From NCBI GenBank assembly GCA_045612465.1, contig JAZKZC010000092.1, positions 1 to 47,323 of the forward strand: DNA of 47,323 nt, in the 5' to 3' direction. Within the stretch, counting starts at the first letter, position 1. Each line of letters opens with the position of its first letter. The position numbers were made by a program, and so were the translations under genes. A model generated the notes under the pieces. It was not told the origin of the DNA. It did no database searches and saw only the letters and a list, made by a program, of their open reading frames with translations. The DNA comes from Eubacteriales bacterium. Its GTDB lineage: Bacteria > Bacillota > Clostridia > Oscillospirales > CAG-272. Of the stretch, positions 16,643 through 26,351 are shown one piece after another.

Positions 16643-19126
16643 TTAAACTGTTCTGCGTCTGTATATCAACATCACGCCTGCGAGTGTGATGAGGGAAATA
16701 CCGAGAACTGTAAATACCGTTGTACCGATACCGCCTGTTTCGGGCAATACAACACCGGACTCGTTTTCGATCACGATGACTTCGTCATCTGTATGGCTGA
16801 AGTCGTCGATCGTCAATTCCAATGTGTTTCCGAGCTTGTTATAGCCTTTGGGTGCTTCAGTTTCGAAAAGGTAATATGTACCGTATGCAAGGCCGTATAT
16901 TGCAACCTTACCATTTTCATCTGACGTTACCGCTGTAACCTTTTCACCCGTAAGAGCTGTGTTATCGAAGAAGGAAACCTTTACAAACTTTCCTACAAGA
17001 CCGGGAAGCTCTGTAAGTCCTTCGATCTCTGCGCCGACTTCATCGGCTGTAGCTGTGCGGTAGACTTCGAATACAGCACCGGGAAGTATAAGCGTGCTGT
17101 CTGTCGCATCAACCTTCAGAAGGTTGATACCGCCCGTGTATACGTAAGGCTTGTCGGAATTCTTTTCAAGAACATCTTCGACAGCGTTGATATACTTTAC
17201 CGAAGCCTGGTTGGGTATCTGCGTGCCCATAGTTGCGTTTGCGTTGATCTTTGCATCAAAGTAAATGCGGATCATATAACCGTTATACTTGTTGTCGCCG
17301 ATAGCTTCCGCAATCTTTGCCATACCGTCAGCTGTAAGCTCTACCTTGAATGAATCTGAGGGAGTGCCGTCTGAAAGGGAATCAACATCAGTCAATGTGA
17401 CGGTGTAATCCGTGTCAAGTGTCAACTGCAGGGGATTTACTGTCTGATCGTTACTTTCGAGGAATACTTTAAGGTTTCCAACGTAATCAAGACGGTTGTC
17501 AAGTGTATCTGTGATGACGTATGATTTACCTGTGGCAATATCTTCGGGAACTGTAGTTCCGATGATCCACGTATGTTCTTCGTAAGCATCGAGAGAAGCT
17601 TCATCGTTTCCGATTGAAATAACGTCTTTCTCGATCTTTATCGTACCCTTTAATTCGTTCTTGGGGTTGATAGTTACTTCGTATATGGGTTCTTTCGTAA
17701 CAGGATCCTCGTCGGGAATGAAAACGTAGAACGGATCAAGCGGTTTAACAACTTTAGGGCTGTTACGTTCAACGATCAGATATACACCGTCGGGAAGTCC
17801 GTGGTGGAGCAGATTCAATGATGCGTTTCCGTTTTCGTCGGTTATAAGCGTATATTCTGAAATGTTGGGATAATCATATTCTGTAGCCTCGGGAAGCTTG
17901 ACTGTACCTGATTCGTATTCTTCCTTTGTTGCAACGAGGTAGATGTCAAAGATAATGTCGCTGATAGGCTCGCTTCCATTTTCCTTGTTTGTTGTCTTGT
18001 GGATGTTGAGGATACGATCGTCAGCAGCAACTGCTTCTGCATAAACGGGAAGTCTGCCGTTACTGTAACCTACCATTGACTGAGAGGTTCCACGTTCACC
18101 CTCGGAATCGAAATAGTAAAATCCTGTTGAGGTCTGATAACCCGAAATGGAGAGCTTAACTTCTCCTGAAGCAACAGACGCGGGAACATTATTGAATTTC
18201 AAAGTTACGTTCTGTCTGCCGTCTTCAAGTTCAGCCGTTGCGGAATAATTATCGCCAAGCTGCGCTTTGATTGTGAGTGAATCACCGTCTTTGATGCTTA
18301 CGTCTACTGTAGTTGTAACGGATATGCTGTATGTACCGTTGGGATTTTGGGTAAGCACGGGAGCATTTAGATTTTTAAATGAGGCTGCTGAAAGTGTTTT
18401 GTCAGTAGCTTCGACGGGTTCCAGTGATATAAGATGGTTGTATACTGTTTTAATCGTAGTTTCTATAAGTGCAGTGTTCTTGTATCTCAAATCGTTATAA
18501 GAACACAAGCTGGCATACTTTGTCTGCGTGGGATTGAATATGTATCTGCAAAATTTAGGGAACGAAACGATAGAACCGTGTGCAACTCTCCAGATAGCGC
18601 ACTGCGTTGCGGCGATAGCTTCACCTACCGTCAAATTTTCAACGCCTGCCGCTTTACCCAACTGTTCAGCTTTTGCATTGACTCTTGCAGCGAACTCCGC
18701 ATCGGATTCACCGCTTTCGGGAAGAACGTAAAAGCCTTCGTAAAGTATCGCACGGATAAGTCCTGCCGAGCTTCCTGCAAACGGAGAGTCCTCAAGATTC
18801 AAACGGCGATAGTTGGCACCTGCATGAGCTGTAGTGTTAATATCACAACAGTATGAGGGAATGTAGGTTTTGTTTACAGAATCATACATCGTGTAGACAA
18901 ATGCCTGTATCGGAACACCGTTTCCGCCGTACGTGTTATCCAAATCATAACCAATCATAGAAGGGCTTTGGAATTGGTACAAGTGGTCACCGTTACTGTC
19001 ACGGTCCAAAACGTAGGTGTGGTTTTCTGTGACGTCTGTATCAGCTGCCGAAACGGTTGTTGCCGCGACAGAGAAAAGCAGAATCACAGACATCAAAAAG
19101 GAAGTAAATCTCTTAAAATTTTTCAT
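16643..19126 (-). CDS. LPXTG-anchored surface adhesin with a thioester (TQXA) domain and SpaA/Cna-B-type Ig-like domains
   Basis: 827 aa with a signal peptide. PSYCCDINT...ATQCAIWRV matches the Cys...TQxA(I/V)W thioester-domain signature. GAVFEVY...YGTYYLFETEAPKGYN is a prealbumin-like fold motif. LPETGG, a TM helix and the RRR tail form the sorting signal. Confidence 0.85.
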   Translation of the reverse strand: MKNFKRFTSFLMSVILLFSVAATTVSAADTDVTENHTYVLDRDSNGDHLYQFQSPSMIGYDLDNTYGGNGVPIQAFVYTMYDSVNKTYIPSYCCDINTTAHAGANYRRLNLEDSPFAGSSAGLIRAILYEGFYVLPESGESDAEFAARVNAKAEQLGKAAGVENLTVGEAIAATQCAIWRVAHGSIVSFPKFCRYIFNPTQTKYASLCSYNDLRYKNTALIETTIKTVYNHLISLEPVEATDKTLSAASFKNLNAPVLTQNPNGTYSISVTTTVDVSIKDGDSLTIKAQLGDNYSATAELEDGRQNVTLKFNNVPASVASGEVKLSISGYQTSTGFYYFDSEGERGTSQSMVGYSNGRLPVYAEAVAADDRILNIHKTTNKENGSEPISDIIFDIYLVATKEEYESGTVKLPEATEYDYPNISEYTLITDENGNASLNLLHHGLPDGVYLIVERNSPKVVKPLDPFYVFIPDEDPVTKEPIYEVTINPKNELKGTIKIEKDVISIGNDEASLDAYEEHTWIIGTTVPEDIATGKSYVITDTLDNRLDYVGNLKVFLESNDQTVNPLQLTLDTDYTVTLTDVDSLSDGTPSDSFKVELTADGMAKIAEAIGDNKYNGYMIRIYFDAKINANATMGTQIPNQASVKYINAVEDVLEKNSDKPYVYTGGINLLKVDATDSTLILPGAVFEVYRTATADEVGAEIEGLTELPGLVGKFVKVSFFDNTALTGEKVTAVTSDENGKVAIYGLAYGTYYLFETEAPKGYNKLGNTLELTIDDFSHTDDEVIVIENESGVVLPETGGIGTTVFTVLGISLITLAGVMLIYRRRTV

Positions 19127-19394
19127 TTTTAAACGTCCTCACTCTAAATTTTTCCTTATTTTATCAGTTTATCATCGATTTTTGACTTTTTCAAGACCTA
19201 ATTATTAATTTTTTATATAATGTAATTACAGCAATTAATTGTTACGATACATATATTAAATATGACAGTTCGGCATGCAGGAGGAAAATCGATGCCCTTG
19301 TTTTGAATTTTCTGTGAATTCGGTGAAAAAGCTTGTTATTTTCGGTCGGATTTGCTATAATGGCACAACAAAAACGATTTAACTGGAGAAGCAG

Positions 19395-20237
19395 ATGGAT
19401 AAGATATGTGATTTGCATACACATTCCGTTTTTTCTGACGGGACATATACACCCGGCGGAATCATAAACGAAGCCGTAAAGCTCGGACTGTCGGCGCTTG
19501 CCCTTACGGACCACAATACGTCTGATGGACTCGGTGAATTTATCGCGGCTGCTTCGGGTAAAAAAATCGATATTGCCGCAGGCGTTGAATTTTCAACGGA
19601 TTATAACGGGGGAGAGCTTCACGTTCTCGGACTTTTCATAAAACCCGAATATTTTTCGCAGATATCACAGCTCATGTCAGATGTCAATAAAAGAAAAGAA
19701 GAAAGTAATTTACAGCTTATTGAATCGTTGAAACGCGGCGGTATCATCCTTGATTACGATGAAATAAAAAATGCGACACCGAACGGATTGGTGAACCGTG
19801 CTCATATCGCAAGCGCGATGATAAAAAAAGGGTATGCCGATTCTCCTCGCGATGTATTCGCAAGATATTTGTCGCCGTCCTGCGGATATTATATTCTGCC
19901 TAAAAGATTAACGGTTTCCGAAACGGTCGATTTCATACGCTCGATAGGCGCGGTGTCCGTTCTCGCGCATCCGTTTTTGAATCTTGACGAAAACGGTCTT
20001 TTGCGTTTTCTTTCCTGCTCTGAAAGCGATGGCTTGAACGGTATGGAATGTTACTATTCCGAAAATGATGAAGAAACAACCGCAAAATCCCTGCATATTG
20101 CAGACGAATTCGGTCTTATACCGAGCGGCGGGAGCGACTTCCACGGCGAAAGAAAACCCGATATAAAGCTCGGCACGGGAAAAGGGAATTTGATGGTACC
20201 CTTTGAGTGTTACTTGCGGTTAAAAGAGTTGATTTAA
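19395..20237 (+). CDS. PHP-domain metal-dependent phosphoesterase
   Basis: 280 aa with CDLHTHSVFSDGT and LTDHNT motifs. Confidence 0.85.
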   Translation: MDKICDLHTHSVFSDGTYTPGGIINEAVKLGLSALALTDHNTSDGLGEFIAAASGKKIDIAAGVEFSTDYNGGELHVLGLFIKPEYFSQISQLMSDVNKRKEESNLQLIESLKRGGIILDYDEIKNATPNGLVNRAHIASAMIKKGYADSPRDVFARYLSPSCGYYILPKRLTVSETVDFIRSIGAVSVLAHPFLNLDENGLLRFLSCSESDGLNGMECYYSENDEETTAKSLHIADEFGLIPSGGSDFHGERKPDIKLGTGKGNLMVPFECYLRLKELI

Positions 20238-20319
20238 TAAAAAAAACGGCGTTGATCACCTGAGTATCACGTCGTTTTTTTGAATCATTGTTTTTACAAA
20301 TTATTTTAAATTTAAAAAT

Positions 20320-20535
20320 TTAAAAATGTGACTCAAGTGTAATTGTAAAGCTGTCGTCGTTAGAGATGAGGTCCATTTTGCCTCTATACTTTTTTGCGAT
20401 CTTTTGAAGTGAATAAAGTTCGAAGCCGTGCTCTGCGCACTTAATTTTTTCCAACAAGCGAAAACGAATGTTCGCGATATGATTGTTCGAGGTTATGTTG
20501 TTTTTAACATAAAAACACTCAGCATATCTTATATT
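20320..20535 (-). pseudogene. C-terminal remnant of a GHKL sensor histidine kinase
   Basis: Hand translation gives ...ECFYVKNNITSNNHIANIRFRLLEKIKCAEHGFELYSLQKIAKKYRGKMDLISNDDSFTITLESHF*. It resembles the G2-box tail (G-x-G-L-x-x-x-x-x-I-x-x-K-Y-x-G) of LytS/AgrC-type kinases. There is no start codon, and an in-frame stop lies at 20536-20538. Confidence 0.4.
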
Positions 20536-20812
20536 TTAGCGAAAAGGAATAAAAAATATGCAAGGATGGCCTCAGAATTTTAATCAAACGTTAAAAATAT
20601 GTTACTTTTTGTATTTTTTGGACAGTTGCACATTAAATTGCTGAAAAGTACTTGCAAAATGAATTTTTTTATGTTAATATACACGCGTTGTGGTATTTGC
20701 GCAAATATACGGTTATACAGACGGTTTCTTTCGATATTTGACTTTTTCATGTGTTGTATCGGCTATACCGCTGTTTGTGTTTGTACTGCCACTTTCACTT
20801 ATTGGGGGAAAT

Positions 20813-21259
20813 ATGACGGATAAGGAACTACGAAAGCTTACGAGAAGTGAGCTTCTTGAAATGCTTATCATTCAAACAGAGAGAAATGAAATGCTGAATG
20901 CGGAGCTTGATGAAGCACGTCGCCAGCTTAAAAACAGAAAGATAATATGCGAAAAAGCAGGTACTCTTTCGGAGGCCTCATTACAGTTGAGCGGTGTGTT
21001 CAAGGCGGCTGAAGAAGCGGCAGGTATATACCTTGAGAATCTTGAGCGTATGAGCGCCGAATGTGATAAGCAAAAGTCGTACATTCTCGATACAGCAAGA
21101 AAAGAAGCGGACAAGATGATAGAAGAAGCTGAAAAATACAGCGACGATATACACAAGGAAGCGGATGAGTATTGGAATTGTGTTTACGATAAAGCACAGT
21201 CATTGCTCAGAGAGCACAGCGACCTTCAGAAGTTAGCTTTCTCGATTGAAAGGAAGTGA
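20813..21259 (+). CDS. Coiled-coil protein of unknown function
   Basis: The ATG at 20813 is preceded by GGGGGAA. I treat the longer track ORF from 20690 as an N-terminal over-extension. The sequence is rich in heptad-like E/K/L repeats. Confidence 0.6.
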   Translation: MTDKELRKLTRSELLEMLIIQTERNEMLNAELDEARRQLKNRKIICEKAGTLSEASLQLSGVFKAAEEAAGIYLENLERMSAECDKQKSYILDTARKEADKMIEEAEKYSDDIHKEADEYWNCVYDKAQSLLREHSDLQKLAFSIERK

Positions 21260-21857
21260 TTCGGTGAACGGTAACGAATTTCAGTACGAGTTTGATTATC
21301 CCAACACCGAACAACTGAAAGCGGAGTTTGACAGAGAAAAATACAAAAAAAGGTATCTGCGTGTTTTGCGCAGCACGATTTACATACTTATCGTGGTTGC
21401 GGCGGTAGCGGTGCTTGTGGCGACGCTCCTGATGCCTGTTTTGCAGATATACGGTACTTCGATGACTCCGACACTCAATGAAGGAGATATCGTTATCTCC
21501 GTAAAGAATCCCGATTTTGCGCCGGGAGATCTAATGGTTTTTTACGTTGGAAATAAGATACTTGTCAAGCGATATATCGCAGGCCCCGGACAGTGGGTGG
21601 ATATTGACGAGGACGGAAATGTTTTCGTTGACGGAAAACTGCTTGATGAACCTTATATAGAATCCAAAGCGCTTGGTGACTGTAACATTGAGTTACCGTA
21701 CCAGGTACCCGAAAATAAAATATTCTGTATGGGCGACCACAGAGCGACGTCGGTTGACTCGAGAAATACCGCTGTAGGCTGTGTTTCCGAAGAACAGCTC
21801 GTAGGTAAGATCGTCTTCAGAGTATGGCCGATGGCGGGATTCGGCAAAGTAGAGTAG
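21246..21857 (+). CDS. lepB: Signal peptidase I (S26)
   Basis: It has GTSMTPTL (Ser box), KRYIAGPG (Lys box), GDHRATSVDSR and an N-terminal TM segment. The true start may be the GTG at 21264, after GAAAGGAAG. Confidence 0.85.
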   Translation: MKGSDSVNGNEFQYEFDYPNTEQLKAEFDREKYKKRYLRVLRSTIYILIVVAAVAVLVATLLMPVLQIYGTSMTPTLNEGDIVISVKNPDFAPGDLMVFYVGNKILVKRYIAGPGQWVDIDEDGNVFVDGKLLDEPYIESKALGDCNIELPYQVPENKIFCMGDHRATSVDSRNTAVGCVSEEQLVGKIVFRVWPMAGFGKVE

Positions 21858-21928
21858 AGTACATTTTTACACAAACCAAGAGGAACCATCAATTTGAATT
21901 TTATCGTTTATGGAAGGAGGGTTCTGAA

Positions 21929-24900
21929 ATGAATAATGCATCATTGAATCAGATATCCGAGTATTCAAAGAAGCACAGCCGCAGAAAGCGCTGGCAGAGT
22001 GTCGTTACGGCAATGGCAGCTATAGTTGTGTTTGTGACGACATACGCGCTGATTCTTCCTGCCATAACTATGGACAACGATCCCTCTTGTAATATTGAAG
22101 AACACAAGCATACAGACGAATGCTTTTCGGACAGTAACGGAGAAAGGGTACTTTTGTGTGAGCTTACGGAGCATACACACCACGAGATAGCATGTTATGC
22201 CAACCGCTCGGCGGATGTCGAAACAAAGAGCGATTGGGAAGCACTTCTTGAGGATGTTGAGCTCGTTGGCGCATGGCACAGAGACGTGATACTTGTTGCA
22301 AGGTCACAGCTTGACTACCGTGAAAGCAGTGCGAACGTCATCTGCGACGAGGACGGAAGGCTTCAGGGATATACGCGCTACGGTGAGTGGTACGGTAATC
22401 CCTACGGAAAATGGTCTGCGATGTTTGTGTCTTTTTGTCTTGAATACGCAGGCGTTCAGGGAATGCCCTTGAATGATGATTGCTCCGAATGGATAAAAGA
22501 GCTTTCAGCGGCAAAGTACGACTTTTACCGAAATGCAGACGAGCATACGCCGTCATCGGGAGAAATCGTATTTCTCGACAAGGACGGAGACGGTATCTCT
22601 GACTGCGTAGGTATAATCGACCAGGTTGTACCGCAGATCGGTGATTCGGGCGCCAAGCTCAAGGTAATTGAGGGCGGATCGTCAGACAGTGTCCGTTACG
22701 TAATATATGAGTACAACTCAGATGCGATACTCGGGTATTCCATATTGCCCGACGGAATGTATAAAGAGCAGACGTTGCAAGCACAGATATTCACCGACGA
22801 AACGTACGAAAAAACGTATGATTCCGACGATATGGTGATAAAAGTAAGCGGTATGCTCCCAAAAGACGGTAAGGTTTACGCATATCCCGTCACATTGAGC
22901 ACAGGGGATACCATATGCGCATATGATATAACCATTTTTGACAGTGACGGAAACATTTTTGAGCCGATTGTCGGCAACGATATTAAAGTGTCGTTTATTT
23001 CAGACATGCTTAAGAATGATACGCTCCCTGACGGTGTTCATCCCGAGGTGTACTATTTACCGGAGGATGGCAAGGCAGAAAGAATACCGTCAAGCAATAC
23101 GGACGAGGGTATCGAGTTCTCGGCGAATCACTTCTCCTTATACGCTGTGGAGGGGGTTCCCGAAACGAGTGTAGGAAACTACAGACAACTCAGAGAAGCT
23201 ATACAGAAGAACAGCAAGATGTATATTCACTTGACTGCGTCTATTGCTACAGAGAGCAGACTCGATATACAAAATAAGAATATAATAATAGACCTCAACG
23301 GTTTCAGATTGACACCGAACACAAGCCGTTTTAATGACACGATGTTCCGCGTGGATTCAAACGGTAGTCTGACGATAGTTGATTCAAAACAGTATACCGA
23401 AACGAAAACTGAAGTGAATTCACCGGAGTCGCCGTACGGAAACAAAGCAACGCTGTCTGTGTCAAACAATAATGCAACGCTGACTTATTACGTTACCGAA
23501 TCCAAGGTCGTGAACAGCAACACAGGCGCGACGGTTGAAACGCTGTATAAACACACCGTAAGCGGTGTATCGGGTGCTGTTGTAGGAAGCGGCAATCCCA
23601 TTGTAACGGTAAACGGCGGTACGTTCACGCTTCAAAGCGGTATGCTGCGAAACGGAAGCAACAGAGCGGTGTACCAGACAAGCGGTACGACGAACATCGT
23701 AGGCGGATACATCTGCGGCTTCGATAAAGCATATACCCGTACTGACTGGCAAGACCCGAATGAATACGGCGGTGCAATTTATGCATCTAACGGAAAGGTC
23801 AATATTTCGGACAGTGCTGTTCTTGCGGCGAACACCGCAGGCAACGGAGGTGCTGTCGGTGTAACGGGACAGCAAACGGAGCTTAACATAAGCGGCGGCG
23901 TGATAAGCGGAAACACAGCTACATACAAAGATGCTGAATGCAGCGGCGGCGGCGGTGTTTGCGCGAACGAGTGCACGGTGACGATGACAGGCGGTTACGT
24001 AACCAACAATGTCGCAAACGGAATGAAGTATCTTGACGGCGGCGGCGGATTTTATATAAGAGGCGGCGGCTGTAAGTTTACCGTTTCGGGCGGTTACATC
24101 ACGGCAAACGAAGCAAACGGCGGCGGAGCTTTTAAAACAAAGGCTGACGAAAACGTGACCGTCAACGTGACGGGCGGATTCTTCTCGGGTAACCTTGCGG
24201 TAGCCGGAGAGGGTGCGGGCATTGCCATTGAACGCAGCGCTACAGCGTATATTTCGGGCGGTTATATAACTAACAACTTACTCAGAGAAACAGAGCATTG
24301 GGGCGGCGGCGGTCTTTTCTGTGCCAATCCCTCAACAGTATATATAGAAAATCTCCTTGTTACAAACAATAGCGCAGGCGGCTTCGGCGGCGGTATTGCG
24401 GGATGCCCGACCGGTGAGCTTTACTTGTACGTCGATGCGGGGTGTGCATCGTTTGACAACCGCGACGTTGCGTATGGCGAAGTCAAATGGGTATCGGGCG
24501 GTACTAAGAACGAAGAAGATATTCAAAAATGTAATGAGGTCTTCCAGCGCCACGGCCATGCCGATTACTTCTGCGCATTGAGCGGTACCGTTTCGGGCAC
24601 GATGCTCGGCGGCGGCTCGGCTGAATGGGAAGGAACGGCAGACGGTATTCCCGTAACGGGCGGCAAAGGTGACTATATAGTGTCGCGTAACGTAATGGGC
24701 CTTGAGGCTCATCCGAGTGACGAAGATAAAAACGCTGCGTACAGCGTAGCAAAGGTTTACATAAACGGCAACCATTCCGACACGCACGGCGGGGGAATAA
24801 TGTGTAACGGCGACCTTATTGTAGGCTCGGCTGTTGACATCACACTTTCCACAAACGTGCAGTTCCAGGCAAATAACGTTCTTTATAAGGGCGGTACGAA

Positions 24901-26299
24901 CGAGGAACTTCCGCTGGATGAATACACGTTCAATTTCCAGCTTATAGAGTCATATCTCAACGGAGTGGTGCTTGAAAACGCAACGAGCGATAAGGACGGT
25001 TTGATATCGTTTGAGGACATCGTAAAGCTTTCCGAAGAAGGTACTTACGTCTATTATATGAAAGAAGTACCCGAAACGGATGACAACACCATCTTATATG
25101 ATAATGCAATCTATAAGATAACGATGAAGGTTGAGCTTGACGACGGCGAACCCATGAACGACGATACTTTGACCGATAAAAAGAAATACACGTATCAGAT
25201 AACCGAACTTACGGTGGAAAAGAGCACCGATGGCGGTAATACGTGGACATCAAATTACGAAAACGAATCTCCTATGGGCGGTTCAGTCGTTGTAAATCCT
25301 TCAAACGGTTATGCATTTGTAAACCGTACGATGGAATTCACGAAGATCACCGCTAAAAAAGAGTGGCAGGGCGAAGTCGGAGCCGACTCGGTAGAGATAA
25401 CTCTTATGCAAGACGGCATCGAGTACGATACGGTAACGCTTAACGCAAATAACGGTTGGACTTACACATGGAACGCATTGCCCGCAGGATTTCAGTATAC
25501 GGTGTCGGAATCCCCGATTCCCGGATATACTCCGAGTTACAACGTCGTACCGGGTAAGACGGCAACGGTATCAAAGACGCTTGCAAGCGGAAAATATTGG
25601 ATTCCCGCATCAGCTATAGAGTCAGGAAAGGTATATATTATTGTAAGTCCTGACGGTAAAACTGCTCTCTGCGTTGCGGAAGGCAATGAAGACGGTGTAT
25701 TCACGACAGCCGACACGACGGTTGCGAATGTACAACTCTCCAAGATAACGATCGACGGAAAAACGTATGATTTCTGGATGTCGGACGAAGCCCTTGCAAA
25801 GGGAGCAACGTTTACCCCCGAAGCGAGAGGTAAAGGCGGTACGGCATTGCGAAGCGATCGCGGAAATGCATGGCTTCTGGCTCAAGATAATGGCGGAAAC
25901 TTCTTTAAGAGTACGAATTCGATTGATTGGTCATCGCTTGTAGTCTGTCAGGACGGACGCTTGCTGGTGAATAAGGAATTTGACGGTACGCCGAACAACC
26001 TTCGTACGGTCGTATTTGAAAACGGAAAGTTCAACACCGTGGATACAAACAATCCGATGGGCGCGGCACTCTTCCTGACTCAGGTGGAGGTTCGCGGTAA
26101 GCCTACGGTCAACGAAACAATCGTCGAAGACGTAACGATTATTATTACGAACTCAGGTTCTCCCGCTTACCAGTTACCCGAAACGGGCGGTAACGGCACA
26201 GTAATGTATATTGCGGCAGGCACAGCGCTTATAATGCTCGGTGTCTACCTCACATATAAAAAGATTAAGTGCGGGAAGGAGGATATAGCATCCTTCTGA
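21929..26299 (+). CDS. Very large LPXTG-anchored surface protein (putative pilus tip adhesin)
   Basis: The ATG at 21929 follows GGAAGGAGGG, giving 1456 aa. The N-terminus has a TM/signal segment. A CHAP-like region follows (YGEWYGNPYGKWSAMFVSFCLEYAG...GEIVFLD...DCVGII). The central part has many GG(A/G)x repeats typical of right-handed beta-helix / Pmp-like repeats. Cna-B-type domains are present (KKEWQGE...NNGWTYTWNALP). LPETGG, a TM helix and a basic tail form the sorting signal. Confidence 0.85.
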   Translation: MNNASLNQISEYSKKHSRRKRWQSVVTAMAAIVVFVTTYALILPAITMDNDPSCNIEEHKHTDECFSDSNGERVLLCELTEHTHHEIACYANRSADVETKSDWEALLEDVELVGAWHRDVILVARSQLDYRESSANVICDEDGRLQGYTRYGEWYGNPYGKWSAMFVSFCLEYAGVQGMPLNDDCSEWIKELSAAKYDFYRNADEHTPSSGEIVFLDKDGDGISDCVGIIDQVVPQIGDSGAKLKVIEGGSSDSVRYVIYEYNSDAILGYSILPDGMYKEQTLQAQIFTDETYEKTYDSDDMVIKVSGMLPKDGKVYAYPVTLSTGDTICAYDITIFDSDGNIFEPIVGNDIKVSFISDMLKNDTLPDGVHPEVYYLPEDGKAERIPSSNTDEGIEFSANHFSLYAVEGVPETSVGNYRQLREAIQKNSKMYIHLTASIATESRLDIQNKNIIIDLNGFRLTPNTSRFNDTMFRVDSNGSLTIVDSKQYTETKTEVNSPESPYGNKATLSVSNNNATLTYYVTESKVVNSNTGATVETLYKHTVSGVSGAVVGSGNPIVTVNGGTFTLQSGMLRNGSNRAVYQTSGTTNIVGGYICGFDKAYTRTDWQDPNEYGGAIYASNGKVNISDSAVLAANTAGNGGAVGVTGQQTELNISGGVISGNTATYKDAECSGGGGVCANECTVTMTGGYVTNNVANGMKYLDGGGGFYIRGGGCKFTVSGGYITANEANGGGAFKTKADENVTVNVTGGFFSGNLAVAGEGAGIAIERSATAYISGGYITNNLLRETEHWGGGGLFCANPSTVYIENLLVTNNSAGGFGGGIAGCPTGELYLYVDAGCASFDNRDVAYGEVKWVSGGTKNEEDIQKCNEVFQRHGHADYFCALSGTVSGTMLGGGSAEWEGTADGIPVTGGKGDYIVSRNVMGLEAHPSDEDKNAAYSVAKVYINGNHSDTHGGGIMCNGDLIVGSAVDITLSTNVQFQANNVLYKGGTNEELPLDEYTFNFQLIESYLNGVVLENATSDKDGLISFEDIVKLSEEGTYVYYMKEVPETDDNTILYDNAIYKITMKVELDDGEPMNDDTLTDKKKYTYQITELTVEKSTDGGNTWTSNYENESPMGGSVVVNPSNGYAFVNRTMEFTKITAKKEWQGEVGADSVEITLMQDGIEYDTVTLNANNGWTYTWNALPAGFQYTVSESPIPGYTPSYNVVPGKTATVSKTLASGKYWIPASAIESGKVYIIVSPDGKTALCVAEGNEDGVFTTADTTVANVQLSKITIDGKTYDFWMSDEALAKGATFTPEARGKGGTALRSDRGNAWLLAQDNGGNFFKSTNSIDWSSLVVCQDGRLLVNKEFDGTPNNLRTVVFENGKFNTVDTNNPMGAALFLTQVEVRGKPTVNETIVEDVTIIITNSGSPAYQLPETGGNGTVMYIAAGTALIMLGVYLTYKKIKCGKEDIASF

Positions 26300-26351
26300 T
26301 GCCGAATCAATCTAAATCAGTAAATTTAATAAACCGAAAGGAAAAACAAAA

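Noticed and set aside
20281-20330. Short AAATTTAAAAATTTAAAAAT-type tandem repeat
   Set aside because: It has only about two copies in an AT-rich terminator-proximal spacer. This is too short and simple to call a functional repeat or a CRISPR-like element.
21824-21928. N-terminal extension of the 1491-aa track ORF
   Set aside because: It overlaps the end of the signal peptidase gene. The ATG at 21929 has a strong GGAAGGAGGG RBS and is followed by a signal/TM segment. I trimmed the starts of the ORFs at 20690, 29771, 30598 and 42485 to internal ATGs with RBSs for the same reason.
23462-24787. 137-aa and 151-aa minus-strand ORFs
   Set aside because: They are antisense to the Gly-rich beta-helix repeat region of the tip adhesin. 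The repetitive GGC/GCC-rich DNA keeps the reverse frames open by chance.
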